DNA of 64,000 nt from a bacterium (GCA_030613005.1 JAUWMV010000006.1:22298-86297), one strand, 5' to 3'; shown: positions 48,891 to 59,455, counted from the stretch's first letter. Notes: generated by a model not told the origin, from the sequence alone. Numbers and translations are program-made.

Positions 48891-49814
48891 CTACAATATA
48901 GATGCATTCAATGAAGGTCTTGCTGGATCGTGAAGTCTGAAATAATTGAGGGTTTTACGTTTGCTTCGGAATGCATAACAGTATTCGCATAGTCGAGGAC
49001 ACGTATCGTATGAACCTATATCGACGCTTTTTGCACATAGGCAATATTCCCGTTGACCTCGATCGGATGTGTGTTTTAATGCTATTTTTAAACCTTTGGA
49101 TAACCAGTCTACATCGATACAAGGTCCATCAGTTATGCCTAATTCGCTTAGTTCGTTATTCAGACAACATGATTGAATTATTAAATTGTTTTTCGCAGCA
49201 AGGCTCACGATTTCTTGGAAAAGGTGCTTTACATCCTCGTTATCTAACGGATTTTCAAGCATATCTGGAATCAGTTTTCTCAATCGACTCATAACCATTC
49301 TATATGGTGATAATCGACTCACGATGATTCTATTTGTCTTCCCAGCCAGGGAATTTACTAACTTCGTAATAACATTAAAATGCCATTGTGAATTATATTT
49401 TTTTGTAATAATTATTGGATCGTAACGCAATGCTATTCTATCCGGACCGACAATTTGCGCTACTTTTTCGAAAGACTCTATTCCGCGATCTAAGCTAACA
49501 CCATTCGGTTCAAGACTGCGAGAATAGCCTGTTATTGTCCATAGGAATGCAAACGGAATATTTCGCTCATTAAGTTCAGGGAAAAAAGGGATCAGCGGTT
49601 CGGCGTCACGTGTCCAGAAAACGATTGCTGCAACATCTTGAGGTAATAGCGAAACTCTTGTTTGGATTTTATAATTGAAAGGATTTCTTACTATAACATA
49701 GCCCTCGCGAATTCGATTTATAAACCATCTCGCATAGAATGAAGGTATGTCAGTTCTTCTCGATGCCGAGATTATTTTTCCCAAGCCTAAACCTGGGATA
49801 GCTTCGGATTTCAT
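48891..49814 (-). CDS. DUF1848 family protein (C-terminal radical-SAM-like Cys cluster)
   Basis: 307 aa. N-terminal IISASRRTDIPSFYARWF, and a C-terminal Cys cluster CLCAKSVDIGSYDTCPRLCEYCYA (CX3CX2C at nt 48978-49001). The start overlaps the upstream stop (TAATG). Confidence 0.65.
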   Translation of the reverse strand: MKSEAIPGLGLGKIISASRRTDIPSFYARWFINRIREGYVIVRNPFNYKIQTRVSLLPQDVAAIVFWTRDAEPLIPFFPELNERNIPFAFLWTITGYSRSLEPNGVSLDRGIESFEKVAQIVGPDRIALRYDPIIITKKYNSQWHFNVITKLVNSLAGKTNRIIVSRLSPYRMVMSRLRKLIPDMLENPLDNEDVKHLFQEIVSLAAKNNLIIQSCCLNNELSELGITDGPCIDVDWLSKGLKIALKHTSDRGQREYCLCAKSVDIGSYDTCPRLCEYCYAFRSKRKTLNYFRLHDPARPSLNASIL

Positions 49815-50788
49815 TATAAATCTTCATTGCCCGATCTCTTTAGGATGGATTTTATATATTTATTCTTAATTAAATTATCGTATTTTGCTCTATAGAACTC
49901 TTCTTTGTCGTGCAAACCTTCGAATTCTGCGCAGAGATACCCATATTTAGCCAATGAAGCACAATTTATGTCACTTTTGCCCTCATAAAACTTGTAGAGT
50001 TTGTCAATTATCTCTAAAGATTCTATACATTTCTCCTGGGTGAGATATATAAAAAGAAGAGTCCATTCTGTACTTCGAGTATTCGGGTATTTCTCCATGA
50101 TGCTCTTGTGAATTCTTTGGGATTCATCGATTTTGCCGTAATCCAGAAGTGCCATTACTAAAGAGTATGACGCAAAATCTTCAAAAATCCTTGCCCGTCT
50201 TGAACTCTTGCGCAATGCATTAATTCCTTTTTCTCGTGCGTCTTTTATTAAACCGAACTTCCTGAGAACTTCACCTTTACTCGATGTCCAATACCACAAA
50301 TTCCCTAACATTGCCGATGCTTCTGGTCCTGCATCGTTATCGTTTGCGATATTCTCTAAAACTTTGATAGCTCTATCGGAGTACTTCTTGCAGTTTAATG
50401 CATATTTAATTTTTCCAGTGTGAGTATAGTACACGCCTTCAATGAAACTTTTATACGTTAGAGCCACTCCGTATGAAAGAACATCCCATTTATTAGAACT
50501 TTTCGTGTCAATTTTATCTAAGTCTTTTATTGGCGTTGCAGTCGATGCGCGTCTTAAGTAGGATGTATCTTCCATGTCCTTGGAGTAAAGAAAGTATGTT
50601 ATTGTTATTCCTAAGCCAGCTAAGAATTCATCATCTAATGTGTTAAATAGTGTTACTGCCGAGTCGAATTCATCCTTATAAATTAGTTGGAGACCGTTGT
50701 CGTACGTGGATATCCAATCCGGAATTCCCTGACCAAGAAGGCAGGACAACAAAAGGATTGAAATAATAAACACGTAGTTAATTCTCAT
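49814..50788 (-). CDS. exported helical-repeat (TPR-like?) protein
   Basis: Start set at MRINYVFIISILLLSCLLGQG (signal peptide), which forms an ATGA overlap with the stop of the upstream oxidoreductase gene. The remainder looks alpha-helical and repeat-like. No family recognised. Confidence 0.5.
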   Translation of the reverse strand: MRINYVFIISILLLSCLLGQGIPDWISTYDNGLQLIYKDEFDSAVTLFNTLDDEFLAGLGITITYFLYSKDMEDTSYLRRASTATPIKDLDKIDTKSSNKWDVLSYGVALTYKSFIEGVYYTHTGKIKYALNCKKYSDRAIKVLENIANDNDAGPEASAMLGNLWYWTSSKGEVLRKFGLIKDAREKGINALRKSSRRARIFEDFASYSLVMALLDYGKIDESQRIHKSIMEKYPNTRSTEWTLLFIYLTQEKCIESLEIIDKLYKFYEGKSDINCASLAKYGYLCAEFEGLHDKEEFYRAKYDNLIKNKYIKSILKRSGNEDL

Positions 50789-51741
50789 CTCGATGCTCCC
50801 ATCTCTGAGATAGCTTTTGCCCAAACCAGAGCGTGGAATGAATTCCAATATTTTGGTCTTTCCTCATTTATTATGCAATTAATAAAAAATTTTAGTTCCT
50901 CGTCGATAGGATCTACATCTTGAATTTGCGGGACAATCCGCTCAAGCTTTGCTTCCCCCACTTGGATTATATCACCTATAGGGTTCTTTTGAGCCAATCT
51001 GTATATTTCAGTTTCCCTAGCCTGGAAATCCACTGATATGTACGAATCTTTCTGGAATATGCGCATCTTCCTTTTGGGATGCACGGAAAGACGACTGGCT
51101 GTCAGATTGGCGACAGTACCACAACGGAATTTCAATCTGGCATTGGCTATGTCAGGTTTTTGAGTCAAAACAGGAGTTAACGAAGTGTGTATTGCTTCAA
51201 TCCTGTGATCGACAATTTGTGCAAGCAGTTCCAAATCGTGTATCATTAAATCCTCGATAACAGAAATGTTTGTTGATCGTGAGCGAAACGGTGTCAACCT
51301 GTGAGCCTCGACAAAAAGCGGTTTTTTTATGTATTCACGCGCTGCAACCCATGCCGGATTGAAGTTCTCTACATGTCCTACAATAAACGTTAAGTCCATT
51401 TCCTCCGCTACATTGAGAAGTATTTCAGCTTCATCGAGTAGATATGTCATAGGCTTTTCGACCATAAGGTGAAGACCATTTGTCAGAACCATGTGCCCCA
51501 TTCGACCGTGTGTTTCCGTTGGAGTTGCTAAAACGATTGCATCTGAGATTTCTAGACATTGTTCAAAGTTTTCTAAATTCTGAGTATTAAGCTCCTCTGC
51601 ATTTTTTTTTGTTAATTCCGGTTTAATATCGAAGACAGCGACCAAATCCACATTGGGAATGCCAATTAGTTTCTTGGCATGGATAGCACCCATATGTCCG
51701 AGACCGACGACTGAAACTCTGACTTTTGAGCTTTGCTTCAT
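50785..51741 (-). CDS. Gfo/Idh/MocA family NAD(P)-dependent oxidoreductase
   Basis: N-terminal Rossmann motif VSVVGLGHMGAIHAKKL, the EKP motif (MVEKPM), and a C-terminal alpha/beta domain. Confidence 0.8.
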   Translation of the reverse strand: MKQSSKVRVSVVGLGHMGAIHAKKLIGIPNVDLVAVFDIKPELTKKNAEELNTQNLENFEQCLEISDAIVLATPTETHGRMGHMVLTNGLHLMVEKPMTYLLDEAEILLNVAEEMDLTFIVGHVENFNPAWVAAREYIKKPLFVEAHRLTPFRSRSTNISVIEDLMIHDLELLAQIVDHRIEAIHTSLTPVLTQKPDIANARLKFRCGTVANLTASRLSVHPKRKMRIFQKDSYISVDFQARETEIYRLAQKNPIGDIIQVGEAKLERIVPQIQDVDPIDEELKFFINCIINEERPKYWNSFHALVWAKAISEMGASR

Positions 51742-51794
51742 TTACATCTCCTAAATTATAATTATTAAAAGTTTTAGTTATAATTTCAACCAAA

Positions 51795-53132
51795 TTATCG
51801 TTTGATGGCTAATGCAGATTTAACAATTCTTGAACCATCACTGTTTTCCACCTTTGCCACCACAACATATGCACCAGATAGAACGATATTACCGTTTTTA
51901 TTGCATCCGTCCCAATTAACCATTCTCGTTTCTTTGAAATCAATAATCATATGACCTAAAATATCATAAATTCGAATCTCCACAGTAGATTTAAGTGGTG
52001 CGATTACACTTATTATACAATTTGAAGCACCTGGGGTAAATGGATTCGGGTCAATATCTATCTTTGCATTTGTCATCTCTGTTAATCCCCAGACAGAATT
52101 ATCAGCACAAGGTGTTGGGCCTATTGTTGCGGCAAGCCAGTTTGAGGGTTCGTTGCCATCTGCATTTATCGAGATTAATTCAATACTCACATCGTATAGC
52201 CAATTCCTATCTACCTCCCAGGTTACAGTATCCAACTCGTCTTTTCGAGAATTTATCAGATACATTGTTTCACCTAAATTATTCAATCCCGTGAAATTTT
52301 CACACACGAGAATCGGGCATTCGCAATCGAAAAAGGCATTAGAAACGATTACATAATCGTCGGGATCTATTATCAAGTCATCCTCGGTTATTATGATTGT
52401 GGTTCTTTGATCTCTGACTTCAAATCCATTTATATTTACAGCTATTGTATCAGCATTATATATTTCGATCCACTCTGGGTTTGGAGATTCCGGTTTAAAC
52501 ATTATTTCTGTAATGACCAATTTTTGGTGCAGCAATGTTGTATCGTTTATGGAATTTGAATTCGCGATACACGGTGTAGATCCTGTGCTATCTGTGGAAA
52601 GATACCAATTGGCACTATCTGTGGATGATTCGGTGATATCTTTCCGCTCGATAGAGATTCCGTTATTAAAACTGGGAAACCAGGAAACATCATAAAATGT
52701 ACTATCGGAAATTATACTATCAGGTGAAAAAATTATCACACCATCGATACCTGTGTCATTTAATTGACGCCAAGTCAAGGGAACTATAACCTCACATGTC
52801 AAGGTTTCAGGGTCTATTTTTGCTACAATTAAATATTCATTAGAATCTAAAAAAATTGAATCATTAGTTATAACGACTTCATTGTTCTGATAGTCTTTGT
52901 ACATAAAACCACAAAGACAGACCACACTATCCGATACGTTAACTAACTCAAACCATTCATCGTTTGCGCTAATCGGTTTGAACATAATCTCATTAACTCG
53001 TAATTGACAGTATATTGGTTGAATAACGGTGCAAAGCACAAACATAATAATTAAAGTTAAATTCAATATAAATTTTGCAATTTGAAATGAATTTCCACTA
53101 AATTCAATAGTTGTTTCCAGTTTATTAATCAT
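51795..53132 (-). CDS. secreted protein with two lamin-tail domains (LTD) and a T9SS C-terminal sorting domain
   Basis: LTD motifs LRVNEIMFKPISANDEWFELVN and VITEIMFKPESPNPEWIEIYNADTIAVNINGFEV. The last 88 aa (nt 51798-52061) read DPNPFTPG..IRIYDILGHMI..SGAYVVVAKV..LAIKR. Confidence 0.75.
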   Translation of the reverse strand: MINKLETTIEFSGNSFQIAKFILNLTLIIMFVLCTVIQPIYCQLRVNEIMFKPISANDEWFELVNVSDSVVCLCGFMYKDYQNNEVVITNDSIFLDSNEYLIVAKIDPETLTCEVIVPLTWRQLNDTGIDGVIIFSPDSIISDSTFYDVSWFPSFNNGISIERKDITESSTDSANWYLSTDSTGSTPCIANSNSINDTTLLHQKLVITEIMFKPESPNPEWIEIYNADTIAVNINGFEVRDQRTTIIITEDDLIIDPDDYVIVSNAFFDCECPILVCENFTGLNNLGETMYLINSRKDELDTVTWEVDRNWLYDVSIELISINADGNEPSNWLAATIGPTPCADNSVWGLTEMTNAKIDIDPNPFTPGASNCIISVIAPLKSTVEIRIYDILGHMIIDFKETRMVNWDGCNKNGNIVLSGAYVVVAKVENSDGSRIVKSALAIKR

Positions 53133-53407
53133 TCTAAAAAAATCTGATTTAAATTAATTTCATAGTCGACTCAAACTACAATTAATAGATAAGACATTTT
53201 TCCTATCAATCAAGATTAAATAGAATTTACTGCTGTGAAATATGCTCCGGATAGTATCGAAATCTTCGAATTTATCAGCTTGCTTGAAATAGTCACAAAT
53301 GCCGAACTGTCCGAAGAACAATATGTTAGGTGGGAATTATCGAATTGTATAAATGCCATTTTTGGTTTTCACTTGCAAAAATAAGTAATTTATTTCATTA
53401 TTAATGC

Positions 53408-54055
53408 ATGACATTGATAAGGTACATTGGAATCGAAGGTATTGAGAAAGCGCCAGCTGGTGAGGCTGCAGAAATTCTTAAGGATGGCGGGACAATAATA
53501 TATCCCAGCGAAACACTATATGGACTGGGTGTAGATGCAACAAATAAGGAAGCATTAAAGAAACTTTATAAAATTAAGGAGCGTAAACCGGATGAGGGAA
53601 TGATTATTCTGCTTCATCGAGAAATGCTGGAGAATTATATTCCCAATTGGAAAAAATTGTTGCCACTTTTGGACAGTTTTTCTCCCGGTCCGTTAACCTA
53701 TGTTGTTAACATAAAACCCAATACTATTCCACCATCGTATGCGAAGGATAATTCCATTGCCTTTAGGATTACCTCCTCATGGTTTGCTCAATATATCATT
53801 GATTTCTCCAATAAGCCAATTATCTCAACGAGTGTGAATCTAACGGGTGAAAAGCCTGTATCCGATCCGGAAAGAATAATTGAAAAATTTATACACAAAG
53901 TGGATGGAATATTCCTTTTCCAAGGTCTGAGCCTAAATGCTCCACCATCAACTATAATCGATGTTCGTTTGTTTCCGGAAAAATATGAAATAATTCGTCA
54001 GGGTCAAATAACCGCTAAGGCTATAGACAAAGCTTTAGAGGTTTACAGCGGATAA
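53408..54055 (+). CDS. tsaC: L-threonylcarbamoyladenylate synthase (YrdC/Sua5/TsaC family)
   Basis: IIYPSETLYGLGVDATNKEALKKLYKIKERKPDEGMIIL and SANLTG-like STSVNLTGEKP. Confidence 0.8.
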   Translation: MTLIRYIGIEGIEKAPAGEAAEILKDGGTIIYPSETLYGLGVDATNKEALKKLYKIKERKPDEGMIILLHREMLENYIPNWKKLLPLLDSFSPGPLTYVVNIKPNTIPPSYAKDNSIAFRITSSWFAQYIIDFSNKPIISTSVNLTGEKPVSDPERIIEKFIHKVDGIFLFQGLSLNAPPSTIIDVRLFPEKYEIIRQGQITAKAIDKALEVYSG

Positions 54056-54293
54056 TCTTTGCCAATATTTTTTGCGTAAACTAATTTTGCAATAATGCGT
54101 CTATCTTATCGCAGAATGAGATACAATCGGTTTATGAAAGGGATATTGTGATACAATGGAACAATAATCGGCTATGCAGGTCTAAGGAATACGGATTAGA
54201 TGGTTATAAAGAATATGCATGAAGCAAGCAAGCATAACTAGATATTGCGAGCAAATACAGATAGTGGATGTTAAGAGGAATTGAGAAGCTATA

Positions 54294-54848
54294 ATGACCG
54301 ATATTGTTATCGAAATCTCTGAACATGAACTTATTAAACGTGCAAAGAATAACGACCGAGAGGCATTTGATATGTTGATGACACAGAACCAGGAGAGCAT
54401 TTATATGTTGGCATACAGGATGTTAAATAACCGAGATGACGCTTTGGATATTGTTCAAGATACATTTCTTCGAGCGTATAAGGCTTTGAAAAGTTTTAAA
54501 GAGAAATCCTCGCTAAGACACTGGCTTGAAACTATCGCAACGCGGCTTTGTATATCTCGATACCGGAAGAAAAGGATTTTTATCGAATTTGAATCGATAG
54601 TTGGCTTGAATCAGGAGTTTGAACAACCCCAACTTGACAGGGAAAAGGATGCAAAAATGCTTTACGATGCTATGAAAACATTGAGTTCCCGCGAAAGAGC
54701 AGCATTTGTTCTAAGAATGGAGAGCGAGTTATCTACGGCTGAAGTAGCAGATAGAATGGGCATAGCTCAGGGAACAGTTAAGGCATTACTTCACCGAGCG
54801 ACGAATAAAATGCGAAAAAAACTTGAAATTTATTATAAAGGAACATGA
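54294..54848 (+). CDS. ECF-type RNA polymerase sigma factor (sigma-70 family)
   Basis: Region 2 (IYMLAYRMLNNRDDALDIVQDTFLRAY) and region 4 (LSSRERAAFVLRMESELSTAEVADRMGIAQGTVKALLHRA). Confidence 0.85.
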   Translation: MTDIVIEISEHELIKRAKNNDREAFDMLMTQNQESIYMLAYRMLNNRDDALDIVQDTFLRAYKALKSFKEKSSLRHWLETIATRLCISRYRKKRIFIEFESIVGLNQEFEQPQLDREKDAKMLYDAMKTLSSRERAAFVLRMESELSTAEVADRMGIAQGTVKALLHRATNKMRKKLEIYYKGT

Positions 54849-54849
54849 A

Positions 54850-55281
54850 ATGGACGATTTTAATCGTAAAATAAGAGAGCTGTGGAATAACACAAAACCG
54901 GTTTTCACGTCGAAGGATAGCAATGTAATTAAAGCCGGATTCCAAGTTAGGCTCAAGAAACAGAGAGCATTTCCAAAACTGGCATTGGGTACTGCTTTAA
55001 TAGCTATAATTTTATTTGCGATCCTGTTTTCCAATGATTTCTTTAGACTTCGAAGAAACATCGATGTTCTAGTTCCTGTTGCTATCGATGTCTCGGAAGA
55101 GGAATTTCTCGAAGAGATCGAAGATGTTACAGGTGAAGAATTGTTGATAGGACTAGCGGAAAATAATCCAGACGAATTTGAGGATATTGTTTTAGCTCAA
55201 CTCGATGATGATGAAATATTGGAGTTGTTATCTCCTGAGGAACAAGAGGAAATTTTGCGGGTATATGGGGATTTAAATTGA
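54850..55281 (+). CDS. putative anti-sigma factor (single-pass membrane protein)
   Basis: It immediately follows the ECF sigma gene (ATG 1 nt after the stop). One TM segment (LALGTALIAIILFAILF) and an acidic C-terminal tail. An alternative TTG start exists at 54823. Confidence 0.5.
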   Translation: MDDFNRKIRELWNNTKPVFTSKDSNVIKAGFQVRLKKQRAFPKLALGTALIAIILFAILFSNDFFRLRRNIDVLVPVAIDVSEEEFLEEIEDVTGEELLIGLAENNPDEFEDIVLAQLDDDEILELLSPEEQEEILRVYGDLN

Positions 55282-55300
55282 CTGTAATGGAGGATAATTC

Positions 55301-55786
55301 ATGAAAAACATCTTAAAAATATTAGTGTTACTTTGTATTACAGGCTCGGTTTTCGGTCAGTTTGAAGAAGCAAAAGGCAAGAAGATGCATGAAAAACTTA
55401 TGACAGTTAAAATTTGGGAGATGTCGGAGAAACTGGATCTAAGTGATGAACAAGCGTTAAAACTGTTCCCAATTATGCGAAAGCAAAAAGCTGCAATTGA
55501 AAGCCTACAATGTGAAATAGAAAACTCGTTTAAAAAAATAAGAGAATTAGTGGATTCCAAAGCCAATGAGAAAAAAATTTCTGCTGCTATCGAGGATTAC
55601 AAAAATACTAAGATTATGATGAATGAAACGGAGATCGAATATATCAATAAAATTAGCGAGGTGTTAACACCACAAAAAGTTGCTAAATACTTGATATTCG
55701 AGAGAGAATTTAGAAGAAAGATGATGGATATTATCAAACAGCGTCACAAAGAAAATCAGAAAAAACAAAGACGCTTAAACCAATGA
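55301..55786 (+). CDS. periplasmic Spy/CpxP-like (LTXXQ-motif) protein
   Basis: Signal peptide followed by helical K/E-rich sequence with LSDEQALKLF and LTPQKVAKYL motifs. Confidence 0.6.
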   Translation: MKNILKILVLLCITGSVFGQFEEAKGKKMHEKLMTVKIWEMSEKLDLSDEQALKLFPIMRKQKAAIESLQCEIENSFKKIRELVDSKANEKKISAAIEDYKNTKIMMNETEIEYINKISEVLTPQKVAKYLIFEREFRRKMMDIIKQRHKENQKKQRRLNQ

Positions 55787-55799
55787 CAAGGAGGATGTA

Positions 55800-56297
55800 A
55801 TGAAGAGGATAACAACCATAATGGGAATACTGCTTTTAGCAACTCTTGCAATGGCAGGTGAAGGATACGGTGGTAAATTCGATAAGGGAAAAGGTGACAT
55901 CGGATTGAATATGCCATCGATAAAGATGCTTGAACGTTACAAAGACAGTTTAGGCATTAACGATAAGCAAATCGATAAACTAAAAGAAATAAGCCTTGAA
56001 GCTAAGAATAATCTTATCGATCTCAAAGCTGCAAAGGACAAGGCAAACCTTACGCTAAAGGATGCTCTCGATGACGTTAATTCTTCTCGAGCTTTATTGG
56101 AAAAAGTATTAGATGATGCTATGGAAAAAACGACTGCGATAAAGAAACATAATATTAAAATGATGTTAGATATGCGGGATGTATTGACTCCAGAGCAACG
56201 AGAAGATATTAATGATAAAATTAAAGGTTTCAAATACAAGATGAGTGGTCATGAAAAGATGATGAAGGGTTATGAAAAGAAGATGAGGGGGCGGTAA
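55800..56297 (+). CDS. periplasmic Spy/CpxP-like (LTXXQ-motif) protein, second copy
   Basis: Signal peptide MKRITTIMGILLLATLAMA, with INDKQIDKLKEI and LTPEQREDIN motifs. SD AAGGAGG upstream. Confidence 0.6.
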   Translation: MKRITTIMGILLLATLAMAGEGYGGKFDKGKGDIGLNMPSIKMLERYKDSLGINDKQIDKLKEISLEAKNNLIDLKAAKDKANLTLKDALDDVNSSRALLEKVLDDAMEKTTAIKKHNIKMMLDMRDVLTPEQREDINDKIKGFKYKMSGHEKMMKGYEKKMRGR

Positions 56298-56349
56298 ACC
56301 AAGAAGGCGAGAGAAGATAGTCCGTTTGAGAACCTCTGTTTATCTACAT

Positions 56350-56383
56350 AGCCCCCAAGCTATCGCAATTGGGGGCTTTTTTT
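56350..56383 (+). terminator. rho-independent terminator between convergent genes
   Basis: Stem agcccccaa / ttgggggct (9 bp), 10-nt loop, then a T-run (tttttt). It abuts the stop codon of the minus-strand gene at 56384. Confidence 0.7.
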
Positions 56384-57235
56384 CTATGGTTTGGACTCTT
56401 CGGTTGACAATTTCTTTATCTTCTCTTCATATTCTGGTATTAATTCCTTGAAGATTTCGGAGTAAGGATCATTTGGTTTGCTTTCGATTGTCGCTTTCAT
56501 AATTTCCAACAAATCTATAACAGATATACCAACAATGAAGAGCTTTCCTCTATCAAGTGAATTTGCAATTAATGGACCAGTGAAAAGAACAGAATATTCA
56601 AACCAAGGCTTTATCTTCTTTAATATAATAGAATCTGCCTGTTCTGGATGAAATTCAGCTAATGGTCTCCATGTATTGTTCATCAACATTGAAATACCAA
56701 CCATATCTTTCCAAAGCGTCGTATCTCGAATGAAGCTCATATCGACTTGCATTATTTTCTCATAGGATTCCTCTAATCTTTTTTGAAGGTCGAGGGGAGT
56801 GGGAGAATACTTATCAACTAAGCCAATGCTATAAAGGCTTTCCTTCGGTACATCTTCAAAATAACACAAATTATATGAATATAATGTATGAGTTTCCTTG
56901 AAAGAATTAATATCCCATTCAGATTGTTGTCGAAGCGGGATCACAATAATTTCATCCGTTAATCCATCTCTTACCAAAATAGTTTGCATTGCCTCTGTGA
57001 AGCCGCCGGGACTATCTTGCAAAACTAAAACGGCTGGTGTATCCGTAACGTTTTTCAGAATTTGCTCTGCGAGCAATATCCTCGTATCGATTTTCTCGAA
57101 ATCTTTTATGTTTGTCGAATCTTTACTTTCCATTCCCAAAACGCAAATCGATGTTGCAAAAAGAAGCAACAGAATTGGCAAGTAAGTGGAAAGTGTTCTC
57201 TTAAGAAATTCATAATTTTGGATAGGATTCAACAT
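56384..57235 (-). CDS. hypothetical membrane-anchored/exported protein
   Basis: 283-aa ORF with an N-terminal TM or signal segment (LPILLLLFATSICVLG). No recognisable family. Confidence 0.5.
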   Translation of the reverse strand: MLNPIQNYEFLKRTLSTYLPILLLLFATSICVLGMESKDSTNIKDFEKIDTRILLAEQILKNVTDTPAVLVLQDSPGGFTEAMQTILVRDGLTDEIIVIPLRQQSEWDINSFKETHTLYSYNLCYFEDVPKESLYSIGLVDKYSPTPLDLQKRLEESYEKIMQVDMSFIRDTTLWKDMVGISMLMNNTWRPLAEFHPEQADSIILKKIKPWFEYSVLFTGPLIANSLDRGKLFIVGISVIDLLEIMKATIESKPNDPYSEIFKELIPEYEEKIKKLSTEESKP

Positions 57236-57369
57236 AAGAAAACCTCCTAAAAGCTAAATAAACACTAACATATACTAAAAATAATATTAATAATTAAAAT
57301 AGCAAATTGTTTTTTGGAATTGAAAAAAATTTATTTAATTTTTTAATAAATAAACTTAATCACACATTA

Positions 57370-59268
57370 TTAATTCTGTGGCAGCGTGGGGAACAAGGAT
57401 GCGTCCATATTTAAATTCAGTAAAACTTTTATTTCATCGCCAGTCATAACCTCCTTTTCTATAAGCGCCTCTGCAAGTTTTTTCAGTCTGTCGAAATTGT
57501 CGTCGATTATTTTTAACGCTCTATCCTGAGCTTTTCCAACAATATTTCTAACCTCACTATCAACAGTCTGTGCAGTTATTTCGCTGATCTTTGCCCGAGA
57601 GACGATATCCTTTCCCAAAAAAACTTCTTGCGATTGTTCAACAACGCTAATAGGACCAATTTTTTCACTCATGCCCCATTCAGCCACCATTTTACGCGCA
57701 AGTTCTGTTACTTTTCGAAGGTCATTACCAGCACCAGTTGAGGGTTCCTTAAAGGCTGAAAGTTCGGCAGCTCGTCCGCCAAGTAGGTATGTTAGAATTG
57801 TTAGGAGATATGATTTTGTATAAACTTGTCTTTCACTTTCTGGAAGGATTTTGGTTACTCCGAGCCCCATTCCACGTGGAATTATTGAAACTTTGTGAAC
57901 CGGATCGGCACCAGGTTGTAACAGACCAACCAGAGCATGTCCTGCCTCATGATACGCCGTTACTCGCTTATCCTCGACTGAAAGTCTTAGACTTGGACGT
58001 TCAAGACCCATCATAATCTTGTCCATAGCCTCCTCGAAATCCTCCATTTGAATTTGCTCTTTATCCTTTCGAGCAGCAAGTAATGCAGCCTCATTAACAA
58101 TATTTGCTAAATCGGAACCCACAAGTCCGGGTGTGCTCTTTGAGATTATTTTGAAATCGACGTTATCATCTATAGGTTTTCCGCGAGCATGGACTTTTAG
58201 TATCTCGAGTCTGCCAATCATATCAGGTCTGTCCACAACGATTTGACGGTCGAATCGTCCAGAGCGAAGAAGCGCTTTGTCTAAGATATCCGGTCTATTT
58301 GTGGCTGCAATAACGATAATTCCTTCATTAGGATCGAAGCCATCCATCTCCACCAAAAGTTGATTAAGAGTGTGCTCACGCTCATCGTGGCCACCGCCTA
58401 ATCCAGCACCACGTAATCGTCCTACGGCATCTATCTCGTCAATAAATACTAGACACGGTGCGTTTTTTTTGGACTCGTCGAAAAGGTCTCTAACCCTCGA
58501 TGCTCCTACACCGACAAACATCTCTACAAAATCTGAGCCGGATATAGAGTAAAACGGTACATTCGCCTCACCAGCAGCAGCTCTCGCAAGTAATGTTTTG
58601 CCTGTTCCGGGTGGGCCCATGAGAATTACACCGTGAGGTATTCTTCCACCAAGTTTGACAAATTTTGAAGGACTCTTTAAAAACTCAATTATTTCCATAA
58701 GTTCTTCTTTAGGTTCTTTGCAACCGGCTACGTCGGCGAAAGTAATATTTTTCTTATCTGGAATGAATCTTCGTGCACGACTTTTTGAGAAGGAGAAAAT
58801 TCCTTGCTGGGAACCACTCATTTGCCTTATAAACAAGAAATACAACAGTGGAATGAGGAGCCATGGTAAAATGCTCAAAGCAATAGACCAAAATCCTGAT
58901 TTGTCCTCCTCAGATGTAATCTCAACGTTGTTTTCGGCGAGATTTTTCGGGAGTTCGGGATCGTCATAGGGGATTATGACCGAATATTCAGGATATTTAA
59001 GAGATTTGCTCGTTTTAGATTTTATATCGACAACATACGGCGTGTTGAATCTACCAGTAATTTTCCGTTTTTTAAAATGTGCAGTGGCTATGTCACCCTT
59101 TTCGGTTTTGTCCAAAAACTCATTGTATGGTAACTCAATAGAGAGTTTATCTCCGGTGTTGAGATAGGAAATTAGAATAAAAAAGCCAACAAAAATCGCT
59201 ATCCAAAATAACAACATGCCCACACCAAATTTTTTTAATGGTTGTGGTTTTTTTTTACTATTTGGCAT
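57370..59268 (-). CDS. ftsH: ATP-dependent zinc metalloprotease FtsH
   Basis: Two N-terminal TM segments, Walker [14 protein letters not shown], Walker B VFIDEIDA, an SRH region, and the zinc motif HEAGHAL. Confidence 0.95.
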   Translation of the reverse strand: MPNSKKKPQPLKKFGVGMLLFWIAIFVGFFILISYLNTGDKLSIELPYNEFLDKTEKGDIATAHFKKRKITGRFNTPYVVDIKSKTSKSLKYPEYSVIIPYDDPELPKNLAENNVEITSEEDKSGFWSIALSILPWLLIPLLYFLFIRQMSGSQQGIFSFSKSRARRFIPDKKNITFADVAGCKEPKEELMEIIEFLKSPSKFVKLGGRIPHGVILMGPPGTGKTLLARAAAGEANVPFYSISGSDFVEMFVGVGASRVRDLFDESKKNAPCLVFIDEIDAVGRLRGAGLGGGHDEREHTLNQLLVEMDGFDPNEGIIVIAATNRPDILDKALLRSGRFDRQIVVDRPDMIGRLEILKVHARGKPIDDNVDFKIISKSTPGLVGSDLANIVNEAALLAARKDKEQIQMEDFEEAMDKIMMGLERPSLRLSVEDKRVTAYHEAGHALVGLLQPGADPVHKVSIIPRGMGLGVTKILPESERQVYTKSYLLTILTYLLGGRAAELSAFKEPSTGAGNDLRKVTELARKMVAEWGMSEKIGPISVVEQSQEVFLGKDIVSRAKISEITAQTVDSEVRNIVGKAQDRALKIIDDNFDRLKKLAEALIEKEVMTGDEIKVLLNLNMDASLFPTLPQN

Positions 59269-59455
59269 TTTATTTAGTTAATAACTATGCAAATTAGGAA
59301 AACTTATTATTTAAACTTTCAATTCGATATGTTCTGTGAATTAATCAATATAATATATTATTAAAAGTTGTAAAGAATCAAGAATTTTGGGTTGCTTCAT
59401 AATAAATCTCACGAAAAATTTAATTCGACAGGAATGAAATCTATATGCAAATGAG

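Noticed and set aside
50789-50848. An N-terminal 20-aa extension of the ORF at 49814-50848, overlapping the oxidoreductase gene by 64 nt.
   Set aside because: The internal ATG at 50788 gives a clean signal peptide and an ATGA stop/start overlap, so the extension is probably not translated.
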